Shown here: positions 27,212 through 36,450 of the stretch, in pieces
How the letters are laid out: every line of letters begins with the position of its first letter
How positions within the stretch are numbered: position 1 is the first letter of the stretch
From: Rhodospirillaceae bacterium
Lineage (GTDB): Bacteria; Pseudomonadota; Alphaproteobacteria; Rhodospirillales; UBA2165
Length of the DNA stretch: 43,646 nucleotides
NCBI GenBank assembly: GCA_018649245.1
Contig: JABIIH010000098.1
Location: 1-43,646, forward strand
Direction of reading: 5' to 3'
Translations under genes and position numbers: made by a program
The notes under the pieces: model-generated
Database searches by the model: none
What the model was told of the DNA's origin: nothing
Seen by the model: the letters and a program-made list of their open reading frames with translations, nothing else

Positions 27212-30200
27212 TTATTGAGCCTTAGGCCGTTCCTTTATTGTATGTACATTACTATTATCGGCCTGCAAAGCAGGTAAATCGTGATCACCATTAATATTTT
27301 CCAGCGATCTCGCTTGAAATTCCCAATTTTCAGATAATTGAAAGCTTTGCTCATCTATTTTAATCGGTTCTGTCATACTTTTAACGATTCTACTGGCCAA
27401 TAGATCTACGGCATTTACTTCCGCAATCGGACTGACAATAAACGCAATGGTCATATCCTCGATTCGAGCTGCGATGTCGGTCTCACGCATGCACGCACTT
27501 ACCCGATTGGCGACTTCCCGTAATAACCGGTCACCAACATCATCGAGCATCGCGCTGTTCAGATTAAAGTTCTTTTCAATATCAAACCACATTAACGCCG
27601 ATAATTCTTTATACCGCTCATTGCGCGCAATTATATTATTCAAGCGATCCGTAAACAGGCGTCTGTCAGGCAGATTAGTTATTGCATCACGAACCGTCGA
27701 GGCGTCGCTGAGATCCCGTGTCGTGCGCTCTAGGCGATCGGCAACCGAACGGGTCACCCTCGCACTCATATCGACATCTTCTGAAATCAATTTAAAGAAC
27801 ACATCTTTTGAAATGCTCATGACATTCAGATTGCTGGCAGCCTTGATCGTTGCGGTTCTTGGTGCGTCACACAACAAGGCCAATTCACCAAACAAATCAT
27901 TTTTCTTCATGGTGACTAGAGTTTTCGGGCCATCTAGAGTTTCTAGAATGACATCTGCTTCACCGCCAACGATGACATAGGCTTTATCGCCAACTTCACC
28001 TTGCTCGAACACAGTTTCACCGGCGTTATATTCATAGCGTTCACTGGCAAAGGAGAGCAATTTCAATCTTGAGCGGTCGAGGCCGCCAAATAGAGGTACG
28101 CTGGCAAGAACATCAATTTCATCGCCGAACCCGCCTTCGGCCCGGGTTTCTTCGACCGGTTGCTCGACTGATTCAGTTTTAACCTCGTCACCTTGAACGG
28201 CAACTTTACCGCCGGCGATAGAATAAATTTGGTCAAACGGCACATCGACTTCAATTTCACTCGGCACAAATAACAGGCTTTTACCTTCCTGTTCCCGGCG
28301 AATACTGTTCAAGACATTTGCCTGACTTTCGCCATCCAATCCCGTCAACGCTTCGTTCATAACAAACATGTCAGGTTGTTTGATCATGCCGCGGGCGATG
28401 GCCAATTTTTGGCGCTGGATATTTGAAAGTCGAGCACCAGCATTACCGACTTCGAAATTCAGACCTAAGCCAATAATTTCTTCGCGTAAGCCGGTCTCCC
28501 TAATAACCGCGGCCATTAATTCACCCACAGCATCAGCACTTTCAGCCCGTTCGCTGGCCAATTTGCCAAATAAAATATTATCCTGAACCGAGCCCGCCGA
28601 ATTGAAATTCTCGGTATCAAAAAACTCAACCGCGGCGCTAAGATTCTCTGGCAAATTGTCACAAAAGACCGTGCGCGCTTCCAATAGCTGCAGAGCAAAA
28701 TCATCTTCGATCAGACCAAGGTGATGACGCGCTGGTATTAACTTGAAGGGTAAGGCAATTAAATGTGCCCGGTCTTCATCGCTGATACTTTCAATACCAT
28801 TTTGAGTTATGCGATTTAAGAGAGCTTCAAATTCCGGCAAATCTTCGGCGCTAATGAAACTAAAACGTTCAAAAAATTCGTGATCAGCTGGCAGACCGCG
28901 GAATAAATCGACCATAATTTCCGCCAAGCGGTGTCCCTTGGTTAGGAAATCATTGCTTAAACCACATTTCTCAAGCACCTCCAAAACATACGCATTCTCA
29001 CCGAGTGCATCAATTTCAAATTCCTCACCCACCGGGGTGCCAAATAAAATATTTTCCGCCACCGACGCGTTGGTATTGAATTTTTCTTGTTCAAAGGATT
29101 CAACAAAACCGGAAATTTCCGCCTCGTCCAATTGCTGGCGCAAAATTTTTCTGGCCGACAATAATTTGCCTGCCAAATCCGGGCTACTATTATGATCAAC
29201 AGTTTGGCGCAGACCAATCTGATAAACATCATCTTCCAGGCCAACCTGCGCCAAATAGTGAATTTCTTTTTGCGTTAACGCCGCCTGATCTTCGGCACCG
29301 ACCATTGCCATATCGACCCAATCCGCTTGAATGTCATATGGACTGTTGCCGGAACCAATTGAATCGGCAACAAACCTAGCCCGCGTGGATTTCTCTTCAT
29401 CTGAATAACCGGCCTCTCTCATTGGCCGGTGTTTAAGGCCATAAAGTAAATTATCGCGGATGGTGCCTGAAAATATATAAGGCTCTTGGCTAACATAAGA
29501 GAATTTTCGACCGGTCACAGCTTCCGGCATGTCGGTAACATTTTGCTCACCCAAGGTGATGCGGCCACCTGATGGCGATAATAGACTTGTCATTAATTGG
29601 GACAACTCCCCCTTACCGCTACCCGGCGCGCCAACCAGCGCGACATGCGACGGCAAATCCATCGACATGGATGCGCCATCGATTACCCGCAGACCATCAT
29701 CCTCGATCCAACTGATATTTGCCGCCATCAATTTACCTTCAAGCGTCGGCAAATCTTCAACGTCGAGCTTTTGCTGATCCTCGTCAATCAGTTCGGGGAT
29801 TTCAAATTTCTCAATCAACTGCTGGTATTTGATCTTGGAATCTTCCAGCCGCTGATAATAGGTCAGCAGCATTTTCCAAGGGGCGGAAACATCTTTGTAG
29901 GCACTCAAAACGGCAATCAAGGCACCCATGGTTATGTCGCCGTTGATAACAAGCAATCCACCAATGGAGAAAAAGAAAAATGGTGTCAGCAGAGCAAGGA
30001 AGTTGTTGATAAATTTTATAAAGAATTTCTTCTGGTAGATTTGATAGCGAATATTATAGATTCGACCGAGGCGATCAGATAAATCCGCCAACTCATATTG
30101 CGAGGTATCATTGGCATGTATCTCATGTGCGCCGGACACTGTTTCACCAATGCGCTCAGACAGGCGGCGCACTGTTAAGACGCGTTCCTTGCCGAGTAAA

Positions 30201-30793
30201 TTTACTTTCTTTTGTAATTTCGGAATTAAATAACCCTGCAATGGATAAAGCGCTATAGCCGCCAGACCAAGCTTCCAATCCTGAACGAACATAAAGACCA
30301 TCAAGGTAACTAATGTGCCGCCCTGATAAGAAGGTAAGGACAATGCTTCGCCAAAGAAACCACCGAGCGGCTCGGTTTCCAAGGTAACCATAGAGACGAC
30401 TTCACCCTGAGAAGTTTTTCGAAATTGTGGTAATGGAAATCTGAGAACGCGTTCTAAAAGCTGAAAGCGGAGGCGGCGCAGCATCCGCTCACCTGCAGCA
30501 CCACGATAGACATTAATAAAATATTTGAAGCCACCATTGACGAAAACTAAAAGCAGAAAAAGACCACAGAGCGTTAACAAATAGGGGACCTGCTCTAACT
30601 CCATGCCCAAATAGTTTTTAGGAAAAGCAAGTTCTTTACTACCGCTTTTACCGCCTAGCGCGTCATCAATGATCTGTTTTGGCAGCGCGAGATAAATAAA
30701 ATAAAACGGCAGAGATGCACCAGCCAGAATTCCAAGAAACAATTGTTCTTTTTTGCTGTAGCGCAAAACGTATTGGAAAATGCCTTTATCCAT
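27212..30793 (-). CDS. Multidomain protein: ABC-exporter transmembrane domain, atypical ABC ATPase domain, cNMP-binding domain and degenerate GGDEF domain
   Basis: TMD at aa ~1-320. Walker A GAPGSGKGE at aa 388-396, Q-loop VSQEP, signature-like LSNIQRQ at aa 789-795, and Walker B-like DMFVMNEALTGLD. The cNMP cassette FGELALLCDAPRTATIKA lies within the cNMP domain (aa ~895-1010). The GGDEF-like domain at aa ~1030-1160 (DAITNLPDRRLF, GDRLLREVA) has RETD followed by EDMTI in place of GGDEF. Confidence 0.8.
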   Translation of the reverse strand: MDKGIFQYVLRYSKKEQLFLGILAGASLPFYFIYLALPKQIIDDALGGKSGSKELAFPKNYLGMELEQVPYLLTLCGLFLLLVFVNGGFKYFINVYRGAAGERMLRRLRFQLLERVLRFPLPQFRKTSQGEVVSMVTLETEPLGGFFGEALSLPSYQGGTLVTLMVFMFVQDWKLGLAAIALYPLQGYLIPKLQKKVNLLGKERVLTVRRLSERIGETVSGAHEIHANDTSQYELADLSDRLGRIYNIRYQIYQKKFFIKFINNFLALLTPFFFFSIGGLLVINGDITMGALIAVLSAYKDVSAPWKMLLTYYQRLEDSKIKYQQLIEKFEIPELIDEDQQKLDVEDLPTLEGKLMAANISWIEDDGLRVIDGASMSMDLPSHVALVGAPGSGKGELSQLMTSLLSPSGGRITLGEQNVTDMPEAVTGRKFSYVSQEPYIFSGTIRDNLLYGLKHRPMREAGYSDEEKSTRARFVADSIGSGNSPYDIQADWVDMAMVGAEDQAALTQKEIHYLAQVGLEDDVYQIGLRQTVDHNSSPDLAGKLLSARKILRQQLDEAEISGFVESFEQEKFNTNASVAENILFGTPVGEEFEIDALGENAYVLEVLEKCGLSNDFLTKGHRLAEIMVDLFRGLPADHEFFERFSFISAEDLPEFEALLNRITQNGIESISDEDRAHLIALPFKLIPARHHLGLIEDDFALQLLEARTVFCDNLPENLSAAVEFFDTENFNSAGSVQDNILFGKLASERAESADAVGELMAAVIRETGLREEIIGLGLNFEVGNAGARLSNIQRQKLAIARGMIKQPDMFVMNEALTGLDGESQANVLNSIRREQEGKSLLFVPSEIEVDVPFDQIYSIAGGKVAVQGDEVKTESVEQPVEETRAEGGFGDEIDVLASVPLFGGLDRSRLKLLSFASERYEYNAGETVFEQGEVGDKAYVIVGGEADVILETLDGPKTLVTMKKNDLFGELALLCDAPRTATIKAASNLNVMSISKDVFFKLISEDVDMSARVTRSVADRLERTTRDLSDASTVRDAITNLPDRRLFTDRLNNIIARNERYKELSALMWFDIEKNFNLNSAMLDDVGDRLLREVANRVSACMRETDIAARIEDMTIAFIVSPIAEVNAVDLLASRIVKSMTEPIKIDEQSFQLSENWEFQARSLENINGDHDLPALQADNSNVHTIKERPKAQ

Positions 30794-30924
30794 AATCTAT
30801 TTACCCCTGCCCCCAATTATCAACTCACAAATCAGGTAAGCGTTGTGAAATTAGTCGATTTTTTCGGTTACTTTAAAGATAAATCCCTGAAATTGCTCGA
30901 TTTTTTTTATTATGTTTACCTAAT

Positions 30925-32073
30925 TTAATTTATCCAAGCTTTTATCAGCCCAGCTGTCGTATCTGCTCCATTCATATTCAGCTCGTTAAGACCGTCAAGC
31001 GGTTGTTCAACTGCCGCATTTATTGTATTTGCGAGCCCGTCAATGGTCAATTCATCTTCAGGAATTTGGCGAATAAGTCCGCGCTCCGCTAATAGGCGTG
31101 CCCGCAGCGTCTGCTCGGTCTCATGTCCCCCAGCATAAGGTACGACGATACCGTTAGCCTTAGTGAGAAGGATTTCCATCAACGTATTGTAGCCCGCTTG
31201 TGAAACCGAAAGATGACAATTTTTAAGCAGTGTCACGAAATCAGAACGCGCGCGTTCTATCATAACTCCGGGCACTTCTTCTGCCTTTAGCGAATTAAAA
31301 ACTGCATCAGACATGCTGTAGCCTACAAGAATACGCCAAGTTCGATCCGCAACCGTTGTCAAGGACCGAGCCTTCAAGGAAGTCCTGAGCAAATTCTCAC
31401 CTACCGCGCCACTGCCCGATGAAACGATAATTTCTTCGCTGCCCTGATCACCTGCCGCTTTCATCGCCAAGTCTTTTTCCACCACATAGCCGGTGTAGTG
31501 CAACATGTCCTTGATATCTGCGGCCCGCCTAAAGGTGTTCTCGAACGGAATAAGCGCAGCATCACCGTGGATCAGAACATCGTCAAAATAGCTACGTGCC
31601 GTTTCCACCATTTCGACATCGCGCTGCGGTTTGTTCTTTTCGACCAGGATATCGCGCACCGAACATACGATGTGAGGACGCGGCGTGGCTTTGCCGGCAG
31701 CCTCTAATAAGGGGATCAGTTCAAACCGCAACTGCCGGCGGCCAAAGGGATAAAGCTCAATTATCAAAACATTTGGTTGAATTTCCTGGAAAATCTCAAG
31801 CAGCTTTTGTTTGCGCATCTGTTTTAAATCTTCATCCACCGGATTGCCCTCGGCATCAACCAGGCCATCAAAACTCCGGTCATTTGCTTTAACCGATGGC
31901 AGTTGGACAAAAGTCATACCACTGCTATCCAATACCGGGACATCTTCACCGCCCGAGATTACCGTCACCTCGAGCCCTGCGGCCGTCATGGCGCGGGCCA
32001 GAGTAGCTGCCCTTTTGACATGACCAATGCCCAGCAAATGCTGAACATAAAACAGGACTTTTGGCTTACTCAT
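30925..32073 (-). CDS. Predicted GT-B glycosyltransferase (COG4671 / MurG-like family)
   Basis: The N-terminus KVLFYVQHLLGIGHVKRAATLARAM is the pattern I associate with COG4671 predicted glycosyltransferases. It is a paralog of the 35054..36292 product. Confidence 0.6.
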   Translation of the reverse strand: MSKPKVLFYVQHLLGIGHVKRAATLARAMTAAGLEVTVISGGEDVPVLDSSGMTFVQLPSVKANDRSFDGLVDAEGNPVDEDLKQMRKQKLLEIFQEIQPNVLIIELYPFGRRQLRFELIPLLEAAGKATPRPHIVCSVRDILVEKNKPQRDVEMVETARSYFDDVLIHGDAALIPFENTFRRAADIKDMLHYTGYVVEKDLAMKAAGDQGSEEIIVSSGSGAVGENLLRTSLKARSLTTVADRTWRILVGYSMSDAVFNSLKAEEVPGVMIERARSDFVTLLKNCHLSVSQAGYNTLMEILLTKANGIVVPYAGGHETEQTLRARLLAERGLIRQIPEDELTIDGLANTINAAVEQPLDGLNELNMNGADTTAGLIKAWIN

Positions 32074-32659
32074 ATTTGGTCATTTCGAGATTTAATTCAT
32101 GGACGGATAATTTCCCGGCTGCATCAAGCTTGAACATCTGCGCGCAGCCATCCAACAACTTAACCGGCGGTTTGTTGACCATGTCCCAATCTATGGCGGC
32201 GGCGTAAAGAGCACGAATAACACCTTTGTGGACAACTGCTATGGTGGGCTGACCATGTTCCGCGATTTCGGTTAGCAACGGTGCAATTCGGACTTGCACC
32301 TCGCGCGGGCTTTCACCCTTGGGTCCGCGAAAATCCAAACCTTTAGCTTCCCAGGCCGCCATCAAATCTCCGTGCTCTTCGCGAAGATCTTTTAAGGTCC
32401 GCCCTTCCCACTCACCCCACGCCATTTCAACCAAGCGATGATCGGTTTCGGGTTCGCTGCCGGAAAGTATTGTCGCGGTCTCAAAGGCGCGTTTTAACGG
32501 ACTGGCTAGCCAACGAAACCCAGCTAGCTCTTTTGGCATTATCCAGCCACCGACTTCAGCCCGGCCAGTATCATTAAGCGGGACATCGGTGCTGCCTTGC
32601 ACCAATCCGGTGGCATTCCATTCGGTCGTGCCATGACGAATAAGGGCAAGCAGTGTCAT
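32066..32659 (-). CDS. Histidine phosphatase family protein (phosphoglycerate-mutase-like)
   Basis: Contains the catalytic RHG motif (LALIRHGTTEWN), a downstream SPLKRAFETA and VVHKGVIRAL. Size is 197 aa. Confidence 0.8.
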   Translation of the reverse strand: MTLLALIRHGTTEWNATGLVQGSTDVPLNDTGRAEVGGWIMPKELAGFRWLASPLKRAFETATILSGSEPETDHRLVEMAWGEWEGRTLKDLREEHGDLMAAWEAKGLDFRGPKGESPREVQVRIAPLLTEIAEHGQPTIAVVHKGVIRALYAAAIDWDMVNKPPVKLLDGCAQMFKLDAAGKLSVHELNLEMTKYE

Positions 32660-33771
32660 TGGATTAAAGCTCTCAAAGTTTGGTCCAGGGTTTTGGCAGC
32701 CGCCTCAATGGAATGCTCATTTCGCACTATTTTAATAGCCGCCTCAGACATTTCTTTTCGTTCAACTTGGCCAGTTAACAGATCGCTCACTTTAGCAGCG
32801 AAATCCACGGCATTGCCAACCTCGCATAAGAGACCGGTCTCACCAGCGCGGATAATATCGGCGACGCCACCGGTCGCGCCCGCAATTACTGGCAGCCCCA
32901 TCGCTTGCGCTTCCAGCATGGCCATACCGTAGGCTTCGTTGACGGCGGGCCAAACAAATAAATCGCAGCCGGCCAAAATCGGGCTTATTTCATTTTCCGG
33001 TAACTCACCAAGGAAAACTACGCGATCCGTCCCGAGATGAGATTCAACCTGAGCTCTCGCCGGACCATCGCCAATAACCAGCAGCTGCCAGTCTGACGTT
33101 TTAATGTTCTTTAAGGCCTGACCCAACACTTCATAAGACTGAAGCTTGGCATCGTCGCGCATCATCGCCACAGTAACCATCATAGGTAAATTTGGCTCGA
33201 GTTGATGGCGCTCGACAAGTTCGGCTCTAGCTTTTGCACCGTCTATGAGGGACGGCATTTTCATAAATGGCTTTAAAGATATCAGTTTGCTCGGGTCTTT
33301 CATAACCGGCAAGACGCAGACGCTATCCAGCGAATTTAAACTGATGATCGCATCGGCGTGCTGAATAATATCGCCTAACACCCGATGGCTCATATCCCAC
33401 GGCCCACCGGCACGCTTGGGCGCGTAGGATACTTCGGCCGCGACGTACGGAATATTAAGCGCTTTTGAAACCAGCGGGCCAATCCAATCCATCGCTTTAT
33501 AATATAGACGATAAGTAAACCAGATATCCGGACATTGAGCAGAATCGGTATATTGAGCAATCAACTCTTCAGCAATTTTGTGGCCTTCTGATTGCAACTT
33601 CTTTTGTGCTGCCAAATCACCCGTAGGCTCCCGTGCCTTCAATTCTGAGGCGATTTCAACTTCGTGTCCGCAGATTTTCAACGCCTCAATAAGAGAGCGG
33701 GCAACACGCCGGTCGCCGGAAGGCACTTCAGAATTCGGCGATTTCATGGGGGCGTAAAAAGCAACCTTCAT
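32656..33771 (-). CDS. Glycosyltransferase family 4 (GT-B, Glycos_transf_1)
   Basis: The C-terminal domain pattern EAYGMAMLEAQAMGLPVIAGATGGVADIIRAGETGLL is EX7E-type. Confidence 0.8.
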   Translation of the reverse strand: MKVAFYAPMKSPNSEVPSGDRRVARSLIEALKICGHEVEIASELKAREPTGDLAAQKKLQSEGHKIAEELIAQYTDSAQCPDIWFTYRLYYKAMDWIGPLVSKALNIPYVAAEVSYAPKRAGGPWDMSHRVLGDIIQHADAIISLNSLDSVCVLPVMKDPSKLISLKPFMKMPSLIDGAKARAELVERHQLEPNLPMMVTVAMMRDDAKLQSYEVLGQALKNIKTSDWQLLVIGDGPARAQVESHLGTDRVVFLGELPENEISPILAGCDLFVWPAVNEAYGMAMLEAQAMGLPVIAGATGGVADIIRAGETGLLCEVGNAVDFAAKVSDLLTGQVERKEMSEAAIKIVRNEHSIEAAAKTLDQTLRALIQ

Positions 33772-35033
33772 GCCACTTGGTCTACATCTTTGTTTTGTGG
33801 CCGCTCGGCTGCCAAATCAAACAGTGGGTACAATTTAGTCATACAGGATTTGAAATCAAAGGAAGTACGGACGTTTTCCGCTCCGGCCTCGCCTAGTTTT
33901 GCCCGATGCTGGGGATTCTGGATCAGCACGGTTAGTTTTTCCGCCAGCATTTTAATGTTACTGGGCTCGACCAGCAGACCCGTGGCTTCATTTTCGATCA
34001 GCTCTGGGATCGCGGATACAATCGTGGACAGACACGCCAAGCCTTGTGACTGGGCTTCCATCAAAACATTTGGTAGGCCATCTCGGTCACCATTGCCAGC
34101 CACCAGACTGGCGAGCACGAAAAAATCAGCTTCTTGGTATTGCACCGTGACTTCTTCCTGAGATTGCGAACCCAGCCAAGTAATACGGTCTGCAATCCCC
34201 CACCCTGCCGCGGCGCGCTTTAATTTATTAATCAGCGGCCCGCCGCCAACATGGACGAGATGCCAATTGAGGTCTTTTGGCAAGAGCGCCAGTGCCGCCA
34301 GCAAATCTGCATAACCTTTTTTTTCAACCGCGCGGCCAACCGATAATATTCTAACCGGATCATCTGCGTTAGCGCCATTGCGGTCGCTATAGTCAATCTG
34401 GCGGGCCGGAAAGCGTTGTAGATCTATGCCATGATAGGCCAGCGTTACTTTATTCTTTTGTTCAGTAATTGACGCCAAATAGCTTTGGTTCACTTCTGTA
34501 CACGTTACCGCCCATGAGCATTCTTTTAATTTGTCGCGCAAATCCCACTCGGGCGTGGTCCAGATATCAATAGCATGGGCCGAGCAAGACCATGGCAGGC
34601 CCTTAAGTATCGCAGCGTAACGCGTAACCGAAGAAGGTGTATGCAAAAAATGAGCGTGCAGATGCTCTATGTTGTCAGACAACTCCGCCGCCAGAACCAG
34701 CGCCTGACCAAACCGCCTGACCCGATTGAACGAGCGGTCACGGGCCAAATCCCGCTTCCATAATTGATAGACTTTTTGATAGGACGCCCAGCCGCGAACT
34801 TGACGCCAGGCCCGCCAAACACGGCCTATTTCCTGATACAGGTACTCCGGCAGATAACTAACCGGTGCGGTAATTTCAGCGTGAATGGGGTGGGTTTTAG
34901 TATCGGTCGGATGGCGCAGCGATACTATTTGTAACGGCAGGCCATGTTTCTCGAGCTCGCGAATTTCCTGCGCGATGAAAGTCTCGGAGAGACGCGGGTA
35001 ACCTTTGAGAATAATCGCTGTAGCTTTGGCCAC
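33768..35033 (-). CDS. Glycosyltransferase family 4 (WcaL-like)
   Basis: N-terminus ILKGYPRLSETFIAQEIRELEKHG and C-terminal LPNVLMEAQSQGLACLSTIVSAIPELIENEATGLLV. Confidence 0.8.
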   Translation of the reverse strand: MAKATAIILKGYPRLSETFIAQEIRELEKHGLPLQIVSLRHPTDTKTHPIHAEITAPVSYLPEYLYQEIGRVWRAWRQVRGWASYQKVYQLWKRDLARDRSFNRVRRFGQALVLAAELSDNIEHLHAHFLHTPSSVTRYAAILKGLPWSCSAHAIDIWTTPEWDLRDKLKECSWAVTCTEVNQSYLASITEQKNKVTLAYHGIDLQRFPARQIDYSDRNGANADDPVRILSVGRAVEKKGYADLLAALALLPKDLNWHLVHVGGGPLINKLKRAAAGWGIADRITWLGSQSQEEVTVQYQEADFFVLASLVAGNGDRDGLPNVLMEAQSQGLACLSTIVSAIPELIENEATGLLVEPSNIKMLAEKLTVLIQNPQHRAKLGEAGAENVRTSFDFKSCMTKLYPLFDLAAERPQNKDVDQVA

Positions 35034-35053
35034 GAGTACCTCGTGCTATGTTG

Positions 35054-36292
35054 CTATCGACCTACAACAGCGAGATCAGCAGAACTTTCGCCAGTACGTT
35101 TTCTATCAAGATGCTTGCCAGCCAAGCGGCTGATATTCGGTAAGCCATCCAGCAGACCAGGCAACACAACATTCGAAGGCGGATATTGTTGAGTTAACTG
35201 ACGCAACGCCGTTATCATCAAAGATGTATTACGAATTCCGTCATCATTCAACAACGACATCAACCCCAATTCCTGGGCTCTTGAAGCACGTATGTATTGC
35301 TCCAACCTCGGCTGTGTTCGGGGAATGATCAGGCCCGGCTTATTAAAAGATAGAATTTCACAGAAAGTATTGTAGCCACCCATCGCGATGACACCGACCG
35401 CATTTTTCATCAAATGCTCAAAATGGGCATCAAAAGTGATGGCATCGACCTGATCCAATTTCTCAATCCGCTCTAGAAAATTCTCCTGGGCCTCGGTTTG
35501 CATAAAGGGGCCAAAGACAAGAAGAGACGGATGGGGAATAGATTCTCCTGTTTCGTAAGCCCGCAGCACCCAATCGATTAGCGCCTCACCATCACCGCCA
35601 CCGCCTGCGGTCACCAAGTAATATGGCTGTTCCGTCACAGAAGCAGAAACACTGGCTGCCGCATCCGGCACGCCATAGCGCAGATAACCAGTATAGACGA
35701 TTTTGCGGCGTACTGATTCTGGCAGATCAACGCCGGTTAGTGGATCATACACCTGCGGTAATCCATAAACCCACAATTCATCATATAGGTCTTCCAACGC
35801 AGGCAGGACGTTTTTGCGTTCCCATTCCGGCACCAGTAATGCCGGTTCATCCATGACATCCCGGAGACCAAGCACCAATGAGGTGCCGCGCTGTTTTAAC
35901 ATCTGCAGGGTTTCTGCCACTTCACCGCGTAGACCTAATGGCTCTTTATCAACAATAAATATGTCAGGATCAAAAACATCCGCCGTATGCTGGATGATGG
36001 AACCACGCAACTCCATGGTTTTCTCAATATCCAAATGCAGATTAAGCGGCGTGTAATCACCATTGCGCAATTTAATAACGCCCGGCACCCGGACAAAGTC
36101 AACGCGCGCGCGGAAATCAAAACTACCGATGATCGGCGAGCCGGAAAGAATGAGCACGGAAAGTTTGTTATAGGAGCCTACCAAGTAATGCGCGATTGCC
36201 CGGCACCGCCTAAGGTGGCCGAGACCAAAACTATCGTGACTATAAATCAGGACACGGTAATCGTCCCGCTTGGTAACACTCTGGCTGGTCAT
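35054..36292 (-). CDS. Predicted GT-B glycosyltransferase (COG4671 / MurG-like family)
   Basis: N-terminus RVLIYSHDSFGLGHLRRCRAIAHYL, and C-terminal AMGGYNTFCEILSFNKPGLIIPR, which is a MurG-like nucleotide-sugar-binding pattern. Confidence 0.6.
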   Translation of the reverse strand: MTSQSVTKRDDYRVLIYSHDSFGLGHLRRCRAIAHYLVGSYNKLSVLILSGSPIIGSFDFRARVDFVRVPGVIKLRNGDYTPLNLHLDIEKTMELRGSIIQHTADVFDPDIFIVDKEPLGLRGEVAETLQMLKQRGTSLVLGLRDVMDEPALLVPEWERKNVLPALEDLYDELWVYGLPQVYDPLTGVDLPESVRRKIVYTGYLRYGVPDAAASVSASVTEQPYYLVTAGGGGDGEALIDWVLRAYETGESIPHPSLLVFGPFMQTEAQENFLERIEKLDQVDAITFDAHFEHLMKNAVGVIAMGGYNTFCEILSFNKPGLIIPRTQPRLEQYIRASRAQELGLMSLLNDDGIRNTSLMITALRQLTQQYPPSNVVLPGLLDGLPNISRLAGKHLDRKRTGESSADLAVVGR

Positions 36293-36450
36293 TTTTCCCC
36301 CGAGCCATAACTTTCTTGTAAATTAAGGCTACTATTGCACGTAAATACCACACTCGAAAAGAGAAATTTAATCAATTTTGAGCGTTAATATGTGGAGTAT
36401 CGCCAAAGATCAAGGTAACCTAAACATTTGAAACAGTTAGGTATTGTCGA

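Noticed and set aside
27447-27980. A 177-aa plus-strand ORF, together with similar long antisense ORFs at 21855..22463, 15100..15555, 6731..7240, 9169..9636, 8148..8781 and 39064..39992.
   Set aside because: They lie entirely inside strongly supported genes on the opposite strand. Their Ser/Arg/Pro-rich, low-complexity translations are typical of shadow ORFs.
30794-30924. Repeated TCGATTTTTT elements in the gap between the glycosyltransferase operon and the ABC-fusion gene, considered as a regulatory repeat.
   Set aside because: There are only two short AT-rich copies with no palindromic or spaced-repeat structure I can defend. This is probably promoter or UP-element-like AT-rich DNA.
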